The translations under genes were made by a program, and so were the position numbers. A DNA stretch of 64,000 bases from assembly GCA_963812155.1 (NCBI GenBank), contig CAWETW010000004.1, forward strand, positions 96,001 through 160,000, given 5' to 3'. Below the pieces are notes generated by a model. It worked only from the letters and a program-made list of their open reading frames with translations, had not been told where the DNA came from and did no database searches. Of this stretch, positions 32,015 through 43,447 are shown in pieces; the first letter of the stretch is position 1; every line of letters starts with the position of its first letter. The stretch comes from Vulcanimicrobiota bacterium. Lineage in GTDB: Bacteria > Vulcanimicrobiota > Vulcanimicrobiia > Vulcanimicrobiales > Vulcanimicrobiaceae.

Positions 32015-32045
32015 AAAAGGGGCGCAGCATTTGCTGCACCCCTTC
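32015..32045. terminator. Terminator hairpin between convergent genes
   Basis: AAGGGGCGCAGCA / TGCTGCACCCCTT stem with an A-rich left flank. Confidence 0.7.
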
Positions 32046-32070
32046 GAAACGCGTCGAGCGCGTTGGTTTG

Positions 32071-33281
32071 TTAGAAGGCGCCGACGCCGTTGGGCGAACC
32101 CCAACCCGTCACACCGTCGTAGCCGGTACCCGGCTTGCAGATGTAGGGATAGGCCGGCGGGCAGGTTCCGTTGAGGCCGCCCGTCGTGACGTCGTTGAGC
32201 TTCGATGCGTTGATGCCGGTCTTCCAAATGCTCTTGGCATTGAGTGTGGTTACTGTGGTTGCCGGCGAGCGCGTAGACCGCGCCGATGATCGGCGACGCA
32301 ACGCTCGTGCCGCCGAATGCCGTGAAGCTGCCGTTGAGGAATACCGCTACCGGGAAGGCCGGATTCGCGACTGCGGACACGTCGGATTCCGAGCGCGTCG
32401 TGCAGCCTACGTCGTTTTGGTATGCCGGCTTGACCACCAATGCGCTGCAGCCGCTGCCCGCGCCGATCCAGCCGGCTTCGGTTCTCGGGCTGGCCTTCGA
32501 GAGGGTCGTTCCGCCGACGCAGACGACGGTCGAATACGAGCAAGGCTGCTGCGCGCCGTAGCCGGAGTCGCCGGAACTGGCGACGATAACCGTGTGCGCG
32601 TGCTTGTAGTTGGCGTTCGTGGCCTTGAACTCGCCGCCGCCGTACGAGTTGCTCGACCTGTCCGGCGCCTTGCGTGAAGGCTTGCTTCTCGGCAATCCCG
32701 AGGTTATTGAAGCTGTTGTCGGTCGCTTCTACGAGCACGATGTGGCAGTTCGGGCAGATCGCCGACACCATGTCGACGTCGAGAGCTTGCTCCCCATCCC
32801 AGCCGCTGTTCGTCGGAGGATAGGTCGTGCCGCCGGTTTGGTTGACTTTCTTAAAGCATCCGTTTGCCGTCGTGCAAGCCGACAAGCCGTAATGCGAGCG
32901 ATAGGCGCCGAGATCGCTTTCGGCGTTCGGGTAGCCGAACGCGTCGACGATTCCGACGATTTGGCCGGTGCCGTTCGTCGACGACGGCAGGTTGTAGGCC
33001 GTCTGCAGGTCGCTCGGTCCGTACGAACCGGCATCGGGGTGCATGCGGTTCGGGATGACGTCGGTGCGGATCCACGCGAAGCAGCGCGCGTATCCCGGGC
33101 GCAAGTTCACGGCGGAGCAGACTTGTTGCGCGTTCATGGTGCCGTTTCCGAGAGCCATCGCTCCGGCCGTTCCGCCGGTCGTGCCGGTGGGCAGCGTGGA
33201 GTTCGTGGCGCCGCCGGAACATGCGGCGAAAATCGCGGCACATGCGGCAACCGCAAGCGCGCGAACGTAATGTCCGTTCAA
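32071..33281 (-). CDS. S53/S8 serine protease lipoprotein, frameshifted
   Basis: Lipobox FAAC; EQALDVD (ExxxD), SSGDSG, GGTSVASP, GYDGVTGWGSP. Confidence 0.9.
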
Positions 33282-33403
33282 GGGGAGAGCCTCCTCATTC
33301 GAGAGTGTGTCAGGGGGTCGCCCTACTGTAGCACCGTCAAACCTTTATCGGGTAGGCGATTCACACTTAGATGCGAATCGAATCTAGCGCCGCGCTGCGA
33401 ACC

Positions 33404-34937
33404 TTAAAAAGCACGGGCTTGCCGGCTCTGCTCGGGCCACACGCATGCACCGTTCGACCACGTTTCCAGCACGCTGCATTGCGTGAATTGCGTGCCGTTT
33501 TCGAAGGGATCGCGATCGAGCACGACCATGTCGGCGCAGAGTCCGGGCCTCGAGGTTTCCCGTTTCCGATTCGGCGTAGCCGAAGCGCGCGGCGCTGGTG
33601 GTATACATCGCCAGCGCGCGTTGCCGCGCCAGCGCTTCGGCCGTCTCGTGATGCTCGACCGACGCCTGCATGCCCGCCAACGGATTGAGTTCGCACACCG
33701 GACTGTCGTCGCCGCCGCAGAGCGTCGCGCCGGCCGCTTCGATGCGCGCAAACGCGTTCATCGAGCGCTTGCGCCGCTCGCCCAGCCGCGTTTCGTACAT
33801 TCCGCCGCGCCCGGCCCAGAGCGCGTCGAACTGCGGCTGCATCGAAAGGTAAATGCCCATGCGCGCGCAGGCGTCGATGTGCTCTTGCGTTGCGAGCTCG
33901 AAGTGCTCGATGAAGTGGCGGCATCCGCGCGGCGACGGTTTGCCCGCAAGCACGCGTTCCCACACGCGCACGCTTTGCTCGATCGCCGCGTCGCCGATCG
34001 CGTGCACGCCGGCCGCGATGCCGAGCGCCTCGGCCTGCGCGTAGTACGCGAGCAGTTGGTCGTCGGAAAAACGGAGCGCACCGCACGTAGCGGCGTCCGC
34101 ATAGCGCTCGCAGAGTGCGGCGGTGCGGCTGCCGATCGAACCGTCGAGAAAAACGTCGCCGCCGACGTACGGGAGCCCCAGCCCGCGCGCGAGCTGCGCG
34201 TCGGGTTCGCAGATCTTCGGGTGAATTTTCGCCGGAAGCGCGCGCAGCGCGGCGATTTCCTCTGCGTACGCGATCGAGCGGAAAGCCGACGAGCTGCGCG
34301 TGCAGATGCAGCGCACCGCGCGACAGCGCGAGATCGATCGCCCGCCGCTCGGCCTCGCGCCGCGTTCGCATCGGGAATGTGGGCGAGAAAGGCCGCCTGC
34401 GCGCGCCAGTTCGCTTCGTGAAAAAGACGCCCGGTCGGCGCGTCCGCAGCGTCGCGCTCGATGCCGGGCGTTTCCGGCGGGAGATCGAGCCATGCGAGCG
34501 TAGCGGCATTCGCCAGACACGAGTGGCCGTCGATGCGCGTCAACAGCGCGAGCGCGCCGCCGTGAAAACGCTCCAGCGGACGCGCATCGGCTTCCGCACG
34601 ATCGTGCCAGGCGCTGTCGTCGTACTGCCCGGCAAGAACGAAGCCGGCGTCTTGTGGCACGCGCGCCACCGCCGCGGCGAACTCGTCGTAGCCGCGCACG
34701 CCGCCCGAAATTGCGCGGACCGAGAAAATAGCCGGTGTCGGTAAGGTGCACGTGGCAGTCCGCAAATGCCGGCAGCACGGTCGCGCCGTCGAGATCGATG
34801 CGTTCGGCGCCGATGCCGGCGGCGTCTTCGCCGAGCGCGACGATCGTGCGTCCGTCGACGAGCAACGAGTCGTATCGCCGCAGTTGCGCACTGCCGGCGT
34901 CGAAAGAGTAGACGCGCGCGTTATGGAACAGCCTCAC
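33404..34937 (-). CDS. Amidohydrolase 3 family (YtcJ-like), frameshifted
   Basis: PAFADCHVH, DGH, FLDGSIGSRTA, HAIGD, IEH, ADMVVL. Confidence 0.9.
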
Positions 34938-34951
34938 CGGGTGAACATACG

Positions 34952-36145
34952 GTGAGCGGCCGCGGGCTTCTTCTCGGAATCGTAGCCGGCGCGAGCGCCG
35001 GCTACCTCACCGTGCGCGCCGTCCAGGCGCTGCGCGAGTGGCGCGAACCGTCGCCCCCGTGCACGCCGGACCCATTGGCATACGCGCGATTTCGCCGCAA
35101 GCTCGAACTCCTGGAAACGGTCCGCGGTGCGTCCGTCATCGGCGCCGTCGCGTACGGCGCCGCCGGCGACGCGCTCGACCGCGCCGCTGCAGCCCGCTCC
35201 CGCGCTGCTCCGTCCGGCATTCTACTTCGGCGGCGCTCGCGCTTGCGACGGCGATCGCGGAACTTCCCGCCGCATTCGTCCAAGACTACACCCTCGAGCG
35301 CCGCTACGGTTTGAGCGAGCAGACGCGCGAAGACTGGGTCGCCGACTACGCGAAAAGCGCCGGGCTCTCGATCGCGCTCTCGGCGGTGGTTGCGACGCTG
35401 TTCGGCATCGCCGTGCGCCGCGCGCCCGCGACCTGGCCGCTGCTCGCGAGCGCCGGCGCCCTTCCGCTTTTCGTGCTCGGAAACGTGGTCGTTCCGATTT
35501 ACGTGCTTCCGCTCTTCAACGCGTTCGAGCCGCTGACCGGAGAACTCGAGCAGCAGCTTCGCAGCGCTCGCGTCGCGTTACGGCGTCGGCGATGCCGACA
35601 TTCTGCGCATGGACATGAGCCGGCAAACGCGCAAAGCCAACGCGTTCGTCACCGGAATCGGACGCACGCACCGCATCGTTCTCGGCGACACGCTGATCGA
35701 CGGATTCGAACCGCGCGAGATCGAGTTCGTCGTCGCACACGAGCTGGGACACTACGTGAAGCGCGATACGTGGCGTTCGATCGCCGTGGGCGAACTGCTC
35801 GTGACCGTGCTGCTGGCGATCGCTCACGCGTTCACGCCCGCGGGCGAAGCGGACGAGTTGCGGGACCGCCCCCTGCTGATCGCGCGGCTCTACGCCACCA
35901 TGCTCTTTGCCGGCCAGGCCTTACGGCCGCTGCTTTTTGCTTTTTCGCGCTCGCGGGAATGGGCTGCCGACCGTTTTGCGCTCGAGGCGACGCGCGATCC
36001 GGCCGCGGGCGCGGCCGCGTTCCGGCGATTGCGCGACCGCAATCTTGCAGACGCCGATCCCCCGGCGTGGTACGAGGCCTTGTTCAGTTCGCATCCGTCG
36101 CTTCGGCGCCGTATCGAAGCGCTCGACGCAGCGGCGCCCGACTAA
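34952..36145 (+). CDS. M48 (Ste24-like) metalloprotease, frameshifted
   Basis: ANAFVTG, HELGH, SRSREWAAD, SHPS..RR. Confidence 0.9.
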
Positions 36146-36148
36146 GCT

Positions 36149-36430
36149 TCAGCCGTCGTAGGAATCGCGTACGCTTTCCAGCCGCGTTTGCCCTCGAACG
36201 GGAAGGCAGTCGCCGTCGAGCACGTCCACGTCGAAGCCGGGATAGACGGCGTTGAACCGTTCGCGCTTCCAAATGGCGACCGTCCACGCGTCCTTCGCGG
36301 CGCGCTCGTAGGGCCAGGTCGGCATGCCCTCGCGATCGGATCGCACGTCGCGTCCGTCGAGATGCTGAATCTTTACCAGGAAACCTTCGATCTGCGAAAT
36401 ACGAAGCTCGACGCGTCCGACCTTAGCCAT
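36149..36430 (-). CDS. Hypothetical protein
   Basis: 93 aa; GGAG RBS overlapping the end of the folK-folE2 gene. Confidence 0.75.
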   Translation of the reverse strand: MAKVGRVELRISQIEGFLVKIQHLDGRDVRSDREGMPTWPYERAAKDAWTVAIWKRERFNAVYPGFDVDVLDGDCLPVRGQTRLESVRDSYDG

Positions 36431-37847
36431 GGCCTTCTCCTCCAACGCCGGCGCGCAGCCAGGCGACGAGTTCGGTCTTCGGCGTCACCGGCGCCCCGCT
36501 GCGCAGCTCCTGCCGAAACTCGCCGAACGTGCCGAAGGCCTCGGCGATCGCGTCGTGTTTGTGGATCGATTCGTAGTTGACCTGACGTGCGCCGACGAAC
36601 GTGTCGTCGCCGAAATCGGCGTACATGTCGAGCGCGCCCGCCAGCATGCCGCGAACGACGTCCTCGACGAACTTCGGATTGTGGTGCGCCTTGTTCACGA
36701 TAAAGAACTCGTCGGGCCGCTTCAATAAGTCGTAGGTTTCGCTCGACATCGCGTTTTCGACGATTTCGACGAGATCTTCGGCGCGTATCGCCTCGGATGC
36801 GGTTGCGCTCGTCCCGACGAGAATCGAGCCGCGTCCGCGCTGGTTGTGCGTCGCCACCGGCAGCGCATCGAGCGCGCGCTGCGCGTCGGCTTGCGAAAAA
36901 CCGGCCTCGCCTAGCTCGCGCAGGGAGTGTTCGCGCATCATCGCTTGCGCGCACGGACACGCCGTCATTCCCTCCGCTTCGACGCCGACGACGCTTCGCG
37001 CACCGCGGGCATTTGCCGCGGCGATTGCAACGAGCGTGTAGGTTTCCTCGCCGCGCCTGCCGCTGACCGGCGTCCAGCGCTCCAGCCCGAACTCCGCGCG
37101 CAGGGTGACCTCGGCTCCCGCCGCGCGCTGTTCGCGCACGACTTCCCGTGCGACCGTTTCGGCGATGCGCTCGACGCGAGACGGCAGCGTATCGCGATCG
37201 AGCACGTCCAGAATCGCGGCTTCCAAGATTTCCGTAAAGCGCGACATGTGCAAGCCGGCTTTATCGGCGGCGAGGTCGGCGACCATCGAGAAGACCGCAC
37301 TGTAGAGGCGGTCGCGCCCGTCGATCTCGATTCGCACCGCGCGCCGAATTCCGTCGACGCCGACGCGATTGAGCGACAGCCGCACGTCGGGCTCTTCTTC
37401 CTGCCGGTCGGCCGAGAAATGTAGGCTGCGTTCGCGCCGGCGAACGCTTCCGTTGGCCGAGGCCTCGACGAGATGCGGCGCGATTTCGGCGAGCGGAACG
37501 GCGTTGAACGGCCGCCGTTCGAGATCGTCGCGCACGACGCGCCCGTCGACCGCGAGGACGTCGATATCGATCGGCCGCGGAGCGAGCTTGCGCGTACCGG
37601 CGGCGCGCCCGACGGCAAGTTCGACGTCGCGCGCAAAGCGATCGAAATCTTCGGGCCCCAGCCCGGTGCGCAGCGACGCCGCGACGTTCAAATACGGCGG
37701 CCCTTCGGCTCCGCCGGCGGCTGCGGACTCGTAAAACGCCGAAACGACGGCGACCTCCGCGCGCGCGCGCAGCCGCTGCAGCGCCGCCAAGATATTCCCT
37801 TGGCGATCGCCGAGATTCGAACCGATGCCCACGACGATCTCGTGCAT
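36423..37847 (-). CDS. FolK (HPPK) - GTP cyclohydrolase FolE2/MptA fusion
   Basis: N-terminal GIGSNLGDR, YLN, PRPIDIDVL; C-terminal GLHMSR, TACPCAQ, THNQRG, LLKRPDE, NPKFVED, ESIH. Confidence 0.9.
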   Translation of the reverse strand: MHEIVVGIGSNLGDRQGNILAALQRLRARAEVAVVSAFYESAAAGGAEGPPYLNVAASLRTGLGPEDFDRFARDVELAVGRAAGTRKLAPRPIDIDVLAVDGRVVRDDLERRPFNAVPLAEIAPHLVEASANGSVRRRERSLHFSADRQEEEPDVRLSLNRVGVDGIRRAVRIEIDGRDRLYSAVFSMVADLAADKAGLHMSRFTEILEAAILDVLDRDTLPSRVERIAETVAREVVREQRAAGAEVTLRAEFGLERWTPVSGRRGEETYTLVAIAAANARGARSVVGVEAEGMTACPCAQAMMREHSLRELGEAGFSQADAQRALDALPVATHNQRGRGSILVGTSATASEAIRAEDLVEIVENAMSSETYDLLKRPDEFFIVNKAHHNPKFVEDVVRGMLAGALDMYADFGDDTFVGARQVNYESIHKHDAIAEAFGTFGEFRQELRSGAPVTPKTELVAWLRAGVGGEGHG

Positions 37848-37854
37848 CGGACGC

Positions 37855-38733
37855 CTAGGGAACCTCGCCCCACCGCGAGAGCGCCGAGAGACGGTCGAAC
37901 GTGCTCGCAAAGAACTCGCTCAAGGCCGTTTCCGGAGCATCGCTGCGCCGAACGTCGTCGTAGCGCAACACGAACTCGCCCAACGCATCGCTCCAAAACG
38001 CGGCGGCGGGCGCAATCGATGCGCGCTCGGCACCCGCCGGTTTGGGATACGCGTAGCACCAAAACGCCGGTTCCGGAAAACGCGCGTCGCCCGGCCAGAA
38101 CCCCGCGCAGATTTCTTCGGCATCCATTGCACGCGCCATGATGACGTCGCCGCTCGGCGGGGTTGCGGGACGGCCCGAAAAGCGCGCGTACGCGAGGTCG
38201 AAGCTTCCGAAGAAAAACTGCACGAGCGAATGGCGGCGACGGAACGGCGCGCGGTACCGTTTCATCGCCGTGTCGGCTTGCAGGAGCACGCGATGAAAGC
38301 GGTTCGCAGCATCGGCATCGTATGCGGCGTGCCGCTCGTCTTCGTCGAACGGTATCGGATCGGGGACTTCAACCGGCATCCTCCAAAAGTGCACGTGAAT
38401 GTCGAGTTCCGTCAACGCCTGCACGAACCAGCGATAAAAGGCCGCGACGCTGCGCGGCTGCAGCGCGAGCCTTCTGGATCGGCCGTCGCTGGTGACGATT
38501 GCGACGAAGTGCTCGACGAAGTCGAAGTCGATTTGGAAGGTGCGCTCGCGGTAGGGCACCGGCCCCGTCGTTAGTCCGAGCGGCGTTACGTAGAGCGCGA
38601 CGTGCGCCCATTGCGGCTCGGACGGAGCGAGCGCCAGGCGCACTTTTCCCGCCATCTGCACGCACATGTGCAGCGTATCGCAGGTATCGCGCCACTGCGC
38701 CAGCGGCAGCGCCGGCCACGCTTCGTCGTTCAT
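37855..38733 (-). CDS. DUF5996-like family protein
   Basis: WPAL...TLH...GK, LYVTPLGLTT, FDLAYARF, GFWPG, YAYP. Confidence 0.75.
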   Translation of the reverse strand: MNDEAWPALPLAQWRDTCDTLHMCVQMAGKVRLALAPSEPQWAHVALYVTPLGLTTGPVPYRERTFQIDFDFVEHFVAIVTSDGRSRRLALQPRSVAAFYRWFVQALTELDIHVHFWRMPVEVPDPIPFDEDERHAAYDADAANRFHRVLLQADTAMKRYRAPFRRRHSLVQFFFGSFDLAYARFSGRPATPPSGDVIMARAMDAEEICAGFWPGDARFPEPAFWCYAYPKPAGAERASIAPAAAFWSDALGEFVLRYDDVRRSDAPETALSEFFASTFDRLSALSRWGEVP

Positions 38734-38821
38734 TGCGCGTGATTTGCCATATGGCCAATGCCCTTCGCGCCGGGACCGGGATTCGCTTCCCCATAAGGCG
38801 TAATCGAACGGCTGGAGAGAT

Positions 38822-39880
38822 GTGATGACCGCGCCGCTCTATCCCTACGTTCTCGATCCGAAACTGACGCCCGCAATTTGGGGCGGCGGAGAGTTGGTTT
38901 CGGAATACGGAAAACACGGCGACCCGAATGCGAAACTGGGTGAGTCGTGGGAGTGCTGGGACACCAACCGCGTACTCGACGGGTCGCTTCAGGGCGAGAG
39001 CGTTGCAGATTTGCGCGCGTCGTTGGGACCGCAGTTGCTCGGCAATCTCGACGCGCATCGAATCTTTCCCATCCTCACGAAGATCATCACCGCACACGAT
39101 TGGCTTTCGGTGCAAGTCCATCCCGACGACGCCTACGCACAACGCGTCGAGCGCCAGCCCAACGGCAAAACCGAATGCTGGTACGTCTTCTCTGCGCAGC
39201 CTGGAGCGGAGCTCGTGCTCGGCTGGAAAGCAGACACGTCGCGCGAGGAGTACGAACGGCGCGTCGCGGACGGCACGCTCGGCGAGATTCTGCGCCGAAT
39301 TCCGGTCAAGGCCGGCGACACCGTCTATATTCCGGCCGGAATGGTGCATGCGATCGGCGCCGGCGTCGTCCTATTCGAAACGCAACAAGCGTCGGACCTC
39401 ACCTACCGGATGTTCGATTGGAATCGCGTCGGCAGCGACGGCAAATCGCGCGAACTGCACGTCGCAAAGGCCGCCGACGTGCTCGACTATCGCGCCGGTG
39501 CGACCGGCGCACTCGAGCAGGTGCCGTATCACTTTGAAGGGCTGGATCGCGTTGCCCTGATAGCCGATCCGCGCTTCGTGGTCGAGCGCGTCACCGCAAC
39601 GAGCGACCCCGCCTCGCTCGCGACGAATGGGCGTCCGCTCATCCTGATGTCGCTCGAAAGCGCGCTCGAGGTGACGTCGGGCGAAACGGCGATCGCGTTG
39701 ACACCCTACCAAACCGCGCTCGTTCCCGCCGCCGCAGAACGATGCACCGTGCGCGCTCTCGATGGCAGCGCACCGTTCATGCTCGTGACGCCGCCCGCCC
39801 GTCCCGACGAACTGGCGATTCGCTTGATGGCGGCGGGCGTCGACCAAACGACCGTCGACCGATTCACGGCGCAGTTCTAA
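38822..39880 (+). CDS. Class I mannose-6-phosphate isomerase
   Basis: [41 protein letters not shown]. Confidence 0.9.
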   Translation: MMTAPLYPYVLDPKLTPAIWGGGELVSEYGKHGDPNAKLGESWECWDTNRVLDGSLQGESVADLRASLGPQLLGNLDAHRIFPILTKIITAHDWLSVQVHPDDAYAQRVERQPNGKTECWYVFSAQPGAELVLGWKADTSREEYERRVADGTLGEILRRIPVKAGDTVYIPAGMVHAIGAGVVLFETQQASDLTYRMFDWNRVGSDGKSRELHVAKAADVLDYRAGATGALEQVPYHFEGLDRVALIADPRFVVERVTATSDPASLATNGRPLILMSLESALEVTSGETAIALTPYQTALVPAAAERCTVRALDGSAPFMLVTPPARPDELAIRLMAAGVDQTTVDRFTAQF

Positions 39881-39920
39881 GGAACGCATCCAGCCGCGCC
39901 CCACGAGCGTTGTGAGAGAT

Positions 39921-40418
39921 ATGAGCGATTCCACTCTTCAAACCGCAACCTTCGCCGCCGGCTGCTTCTGGGGCGTCGAAGACGCGTTTCGCCGGATTCC
40001 CGGCGTTACGGATGCGGTCTCCGGTTATACCGGCGGCCGGACCGAACGTCCGACCTATCGCGAGGTCTGCGGACACGGTACCGGGCATGCCGAGGCCGTC
40101 GAGGTGACCTTCGATCCGTCGCGGGTGAGTTACGAGCAGCTGCTCGACGTATTTTGGAATCTGCACGACCCCACGCAACTCAACCGGCAGGGTCCCGACG
40201 TCGGCGATCAGTACCGTTCGGCGATCTTCACGCACTCACCCGAGCAGATGCAAGCGGCACTCGCCTCGAGAGATGCCGAGCAAACGAAACTTCGCCGCCC
40301 AATCGTCACGCAAATTCTCGAAGCGCCGGCATTCTGGCGCGCCGAAGATTACCACCAGCGTTACTTCGAAAAAAACGGCGGCGGCGCGTGCCACATTCCC
40401 GCGGGACGGCAGTCGTGA
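39921..40418 (+). CDS. msrA: Peptide-methionine (S)-S-oxide reductase
   Basis: [21 protein letters not shown]. Confidence 0.95.
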   Translation: MSDSTLQTATFAAGCFWGVEDAFRRIPGVTDAVSGYTGGRTERPTYREVCGHGTGHAEAVEVTFDPSRVSYEQLLDVFWNLHDPTQLNRQGPDVGDQYRSAIFTHSPEQMQAALASRDAEQTKLRRPIVTQILEAPAFWRAEDYHQRYFEKNGGGACHIPAGRQS

Positions 40419-40885
40419 AGCGCGGCGCATTCGTCGCAAACGTCGCCACGCTGCTGGTCGCCGGCTCGGCGTTGCGAGCGCTTGCGACGCCCGAGACGTA
40501 CGCGGTGACGCACACCGACCAGCAGTGGCTCGCGTTGCTCGGGCCGGAGCGCTACGCGATTCTGCGCCAAGGCGGGACCGAGCCGGCGAACTCCAGCGCC
40601 CTGATCGGCGAAACGCGGCGCGGGACGTATCGTTGCGCGGGCTGCAACCTGACGCTGTTCAGTTCGAAGACGAAATACGATAGCGGCGACGGATGGCCGT
40701 CGTTCTGGGACGTCTTGCCGAACGCGATTCGCAAGCAAGCCGACTACTCACTCATCGACGAACGCACCGAAGTCCATTGCCGCCAATGCGGCGGCCATCT
40801 CGGACACATCTTCGACGACGGCCCGCCGCCGACGCATCTGCGCTACTGCATCGACGGCTTGGCGTTGCGATTCGTCCCGGCCTAG
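40415..40885 (+). CDS. msrB: Peptide-methionine (R)-S-oxide reductase with export signal
   Basis: [29 protein letters not shown]-terminal signal. Confidence 0.95.
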   Translation: MKRGAFVANVATLLVAGSALRALATPETYAVTHTDQQWLALLGPERYAILRQGGTEPANSSALIGETRRGTYRCAGCNLTLFSSKTKYDSGDGWPSFWDVLPNAIRKQADYSLIDERTEVHCRQCGGHLGHIFDDGPPPTHLRYCIDGLALRFVPA

Positions 40886-40957
40886 TGTCGACACTAGCGT
40901 TCCGCTCCTAGGAATAGCCGGCTTCCGGTCTAATGCTGCCGCCAAAAGGAGGCAGCG

Positions 40958-41425
40958 ATGCGAGGATTGGCGATTGCGGTAGTTGCGTTGGCGGGAAGCG
41001 TCGCGCTCGGCGCGTGTGCGAAATCGAACAACTCCGCGAATGAAGCGTCGAGCGCGCCCGAATCGACGCCCGCGACGTCGGCGGCACCGGTTTCCTCGAG
41101 CGGCGCGTCGCCCGGCGCGACGACGTACACCGCCAATTGCGCGAGTTGCCATCAGCCGGGTGGGAAGGGGTTAGCCGGCTCCTTTCCTCCGCTCGCCGGC
41201 AACCCGGTCGTGTCCGGCGATGCGCAGAAGGTGATTCACATCGTGAAATACGGCCTCAGCGGAAAGATCATGGTGGGGCCCGATGCCTACAACGGCATGA
41301 TGCCGCCCTGGGGCACGCAACTTTCCGACGACCAGATCGCCGGGGTCATCACGTACATTCGCTCGTCGTGGGGTAACGGCGCGTCGCCCGTGAGCGCCGC
41401 CGAGGTCGCCGCCGTCAAGAAGTAG
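40958..41425 (+). CDS. c-type cytochrome lipoprotein
   Basis: Lipobox LGAC, CASCH, FPPLAG, MMPPW. Confidence 0.9.
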   Translation: MRGLAIAVVALAGSVALGACAKSNNSANEASSAPESTPATSAAPVSSSGASPGATTYTANCASCHQPGGKGLAGSFPPLAGNPVVSGDAQKVIHIVKYGLSGKIMVGPDAYNGMMPPWGTQLSDDQIAGVITYIRSSWGNGASPVSAAEVAAVKK

Positions 41426-41660
41426 AGTCGTTGATCGACTGCGACGAGAGACTCGCGTACGTTTTTGTGTTTTTCTGTCCTTTGCAGGGCGCCGGCCCGG
41501 CGTTGGGCAGTTGGAACGAAACGCTCCCATCGCTGGGAAGCGCTGCAGCCTGCGGCGGAACGACGTTGCCGCTTTGCCCCGCGCAGCCGGCCAAGAACGC
41601 CGCCGCGGCGAGCGATGCGAAGCGATTCCGTGACGGTGCGCGCTCGGTGAAATGGAACAT
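41415..41660 (-). pseudogene. Truncated lipoprotein N-terminus
   Basis: GAGGAG RBS and FLAGC lipobox; ORF ends abruptly against the cytochrome c gene. Confidence 0.5.
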
Positions 41661-41810
41661 GATGGTCTCCTCAACGGATCGGGACGTCCGCTGTTGCGGA
41701 CTCCCGGCATCGTATCGCCACCGCCGAGTCCGAGAGTATGGGGGGCACCCTACCATTGCGGCGCGGCGCCCCCCATACCGGCAAACGTCGGGGCGCGTTA
41801 TCGTGAGCGG

Positions 41811-42114
41811 GTGCCCGTCAGCGACGAGCTTCGCACTGCCGTTTTGCGCCGTCTGCGCCGCCTCACGCGCGCCGAGCGCAGCGTCGTTACGCGCGCCGCG
41901 ATCGTGGGGCGCTCCTTCGGCGTCGACGAGGCGCGAACGCGAAATCGCAGAGCTTGCAGCCAGGGGAAACTCCAATCTGGAAATCGCGCGGCGTCTTTCG
42001 ATCTCTCACAAAACGGTCGAGAAACATCTCGGCTGCGTCTATCAAAAACTGCACATCACGTCGCGTTCGCTGCTAAGAGCGAGTAGCAGCACCTCGCTGC
42101 GGAGAGTGGTACAC
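41811..42114 (+). pseudogene. Internally deleted ATPase-LuxR regulator remnant
   Basis: VSDELRTAVLRRLRRL..AAIVGRSF joined out of frame to the LuxR HTH TRREREIAEL..SNLEIA..TVEKHL. Confidence 0.65.
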
Positions 42115-42540
42115 ATGGATCCTGACGTACTTCGGGACGTCGCCGGTTACGTCGCCATAATATGGTTGCTGTGGCTCGCTCTCAACTTGCCCGCGCAATG
42201 GCTGCTCGGAGTTGCGACGCGAATGGATCACCCCAGCCGGCGCACGCTCGCCATCATCGGTGCAGCCGTCGCGATTGTCGGTGCGGCGCTGATTGTCGAC
42301 CTCACGTTCTACCCGTACGACGGAACCGTCTCGCACACGCTGCTGCTCCTTGCAACGCTCGCCATTTTTGGCATAGCGGCGAACGTGGCGTTCTTCGTCG
42401 CGCTTTTCCATTTCACGGGAATCGCGGCGCGGGTGGCATTGCTCGCGGCCGGCGGCGGCCTCATGGTGCTCGGCGTCATGGCCTTCGGCCTTCGTTCGTT
42501 CGGCTACGGCCTACAGCACAGCTTAGGAGGCTGGCCGTAA
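42115..42540 (+). CDS. Membrane protein (about 4 TM)
   Basis: Hydrophobic ORF starting MDPDVLRD; GGAG upstream. Confidence 0.65.
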   Translation: MDPDVLRDVAGYVAIIWLLWLALNLPAQWLLGVATRMDHPSRRTLAIIGAAVAIVGAALIVDLTFYPYDGTVSHTLLLLATLAIFGIAANVAFFVALFHFTGIAARVALLAAGGGLMVLGVMAFGLRSFGYGLQHSLGGWP

Positions 42541-42581
42541 CGCGTTGTGAACGCGTCCTCGATCGCGGTAGCGCGATTGGA

Positions 42582-42656
42582 TGGAGCCGACGGCCGGGAT
42601 TGAACCGGCGACCTATTGTTTACGAAACAATTGCTCTACCGCTGAGCTACGTCGGC
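42582..42656 (-). tRNA. tRNA-Thr (CGT)
   Basis: Cloverleaf GCCGACG...; anticodon arm ATTGT-TTCGTAA-ACAAT; GTTCAAT T-loop; encoded CCA. Confidence 0.97.
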
Positions 42657-42796
42657 AGCGAAACGCGGGCGGCGCCATGGCCGCCGGGCCTGGTTCCACC
42701 TGACTCGAGCCCGGGACCTTCCGCGATCGTACGAGTCACGCCGTTTTTGATGCTGCCATGATGGCGCCTCGAGCGCTCGCTCGATATGATGGGCGC

Positions 42797-43447
42797 ATGA
42801 TGAAGTTTACCGCCGCCCTCGCCGCCGTCGCAGCCCTCGTTTTGCCGTCGCTCGCCGCCGCCGACCAGAACGCCACCTACTTCGGACCCATCAACCCGGC
42901 CGAGAAGTCGTTCGTGGCCTCCATCCAATCCTACCTCATGCAGCATTATCCGACCGCCGCCGACGCCGAAAAGGCAGGCTACGTCCGGTACACGAGCGAG
43001 GACGACACCGGAGCGATCAGTTACGCAAACCGCCAATGGTCGTCGGCCGACGTCGAGCATCCGAGCCAGCTGTGGTACGACAAGAACGGGCAGCTGCTCG
43101 GGGCCGACTATTCGGTGCTCCTGAGCGCAAGCCCGAAGCGTCCGGCCCTCTGGGGCGTCAATCCCGGGCGCTGGGTCGAATTCGACGGCCACATCCATTG
43201 GGTCACCAAGAATCCGGAAAGCGGCGCGATGACCTACGATCAATGGGCGTGGGACAAGAAGTTTGCGGCCGCGGGCGGCAACGTCGACGATCCGAACGCG
43301 CAAACGCTCGTCGCGATGAAGCGCGTTCCGGATGCGTCCCGCGTCGTGACGATCTTCCACTTTCCCGCGATCTGGGACCTCATCGTGTGGGTGAAACCGA
43401 ATCCGAAAGGCGCATTCGCCGAGAAGAATCCGCTGGTAACGCCTTAG
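42797..43447 (+). CDS. Secreted hypothetical protein
   Basis: Signal peptide MMKFTAALAA; AEKAGY, PSQLWY, W..PNPKGAFA..NP motifs. Confidence 0.8.
   Translation: MMKFTAALAAVAALVLPSLAAADQNATYFGPINPAEKSFVASIQSYLMQHYPTAADAEKAGYVRYTSEDDTGAISYANRQWSSADVEHPSQLWYDKNGQLLGADYSVLLSASPKRPALWGVNPGRWVEFDGHIHWVTKNPESGAMTYDQWAWDKKFAAAGGNVDDPNAQTLVAMKRVPDASRVVTIFHFPAIWDLIVWVKPNPKGAFAEKNPLVTP

Noticed and set aside
17500..36200. Many frameshifted genes read as mass pseudogenisation or programmed frameshifting
   Set aside because: Scattered single-base indels in unrelated genes with intact motifs fit long-read consensus errors better.
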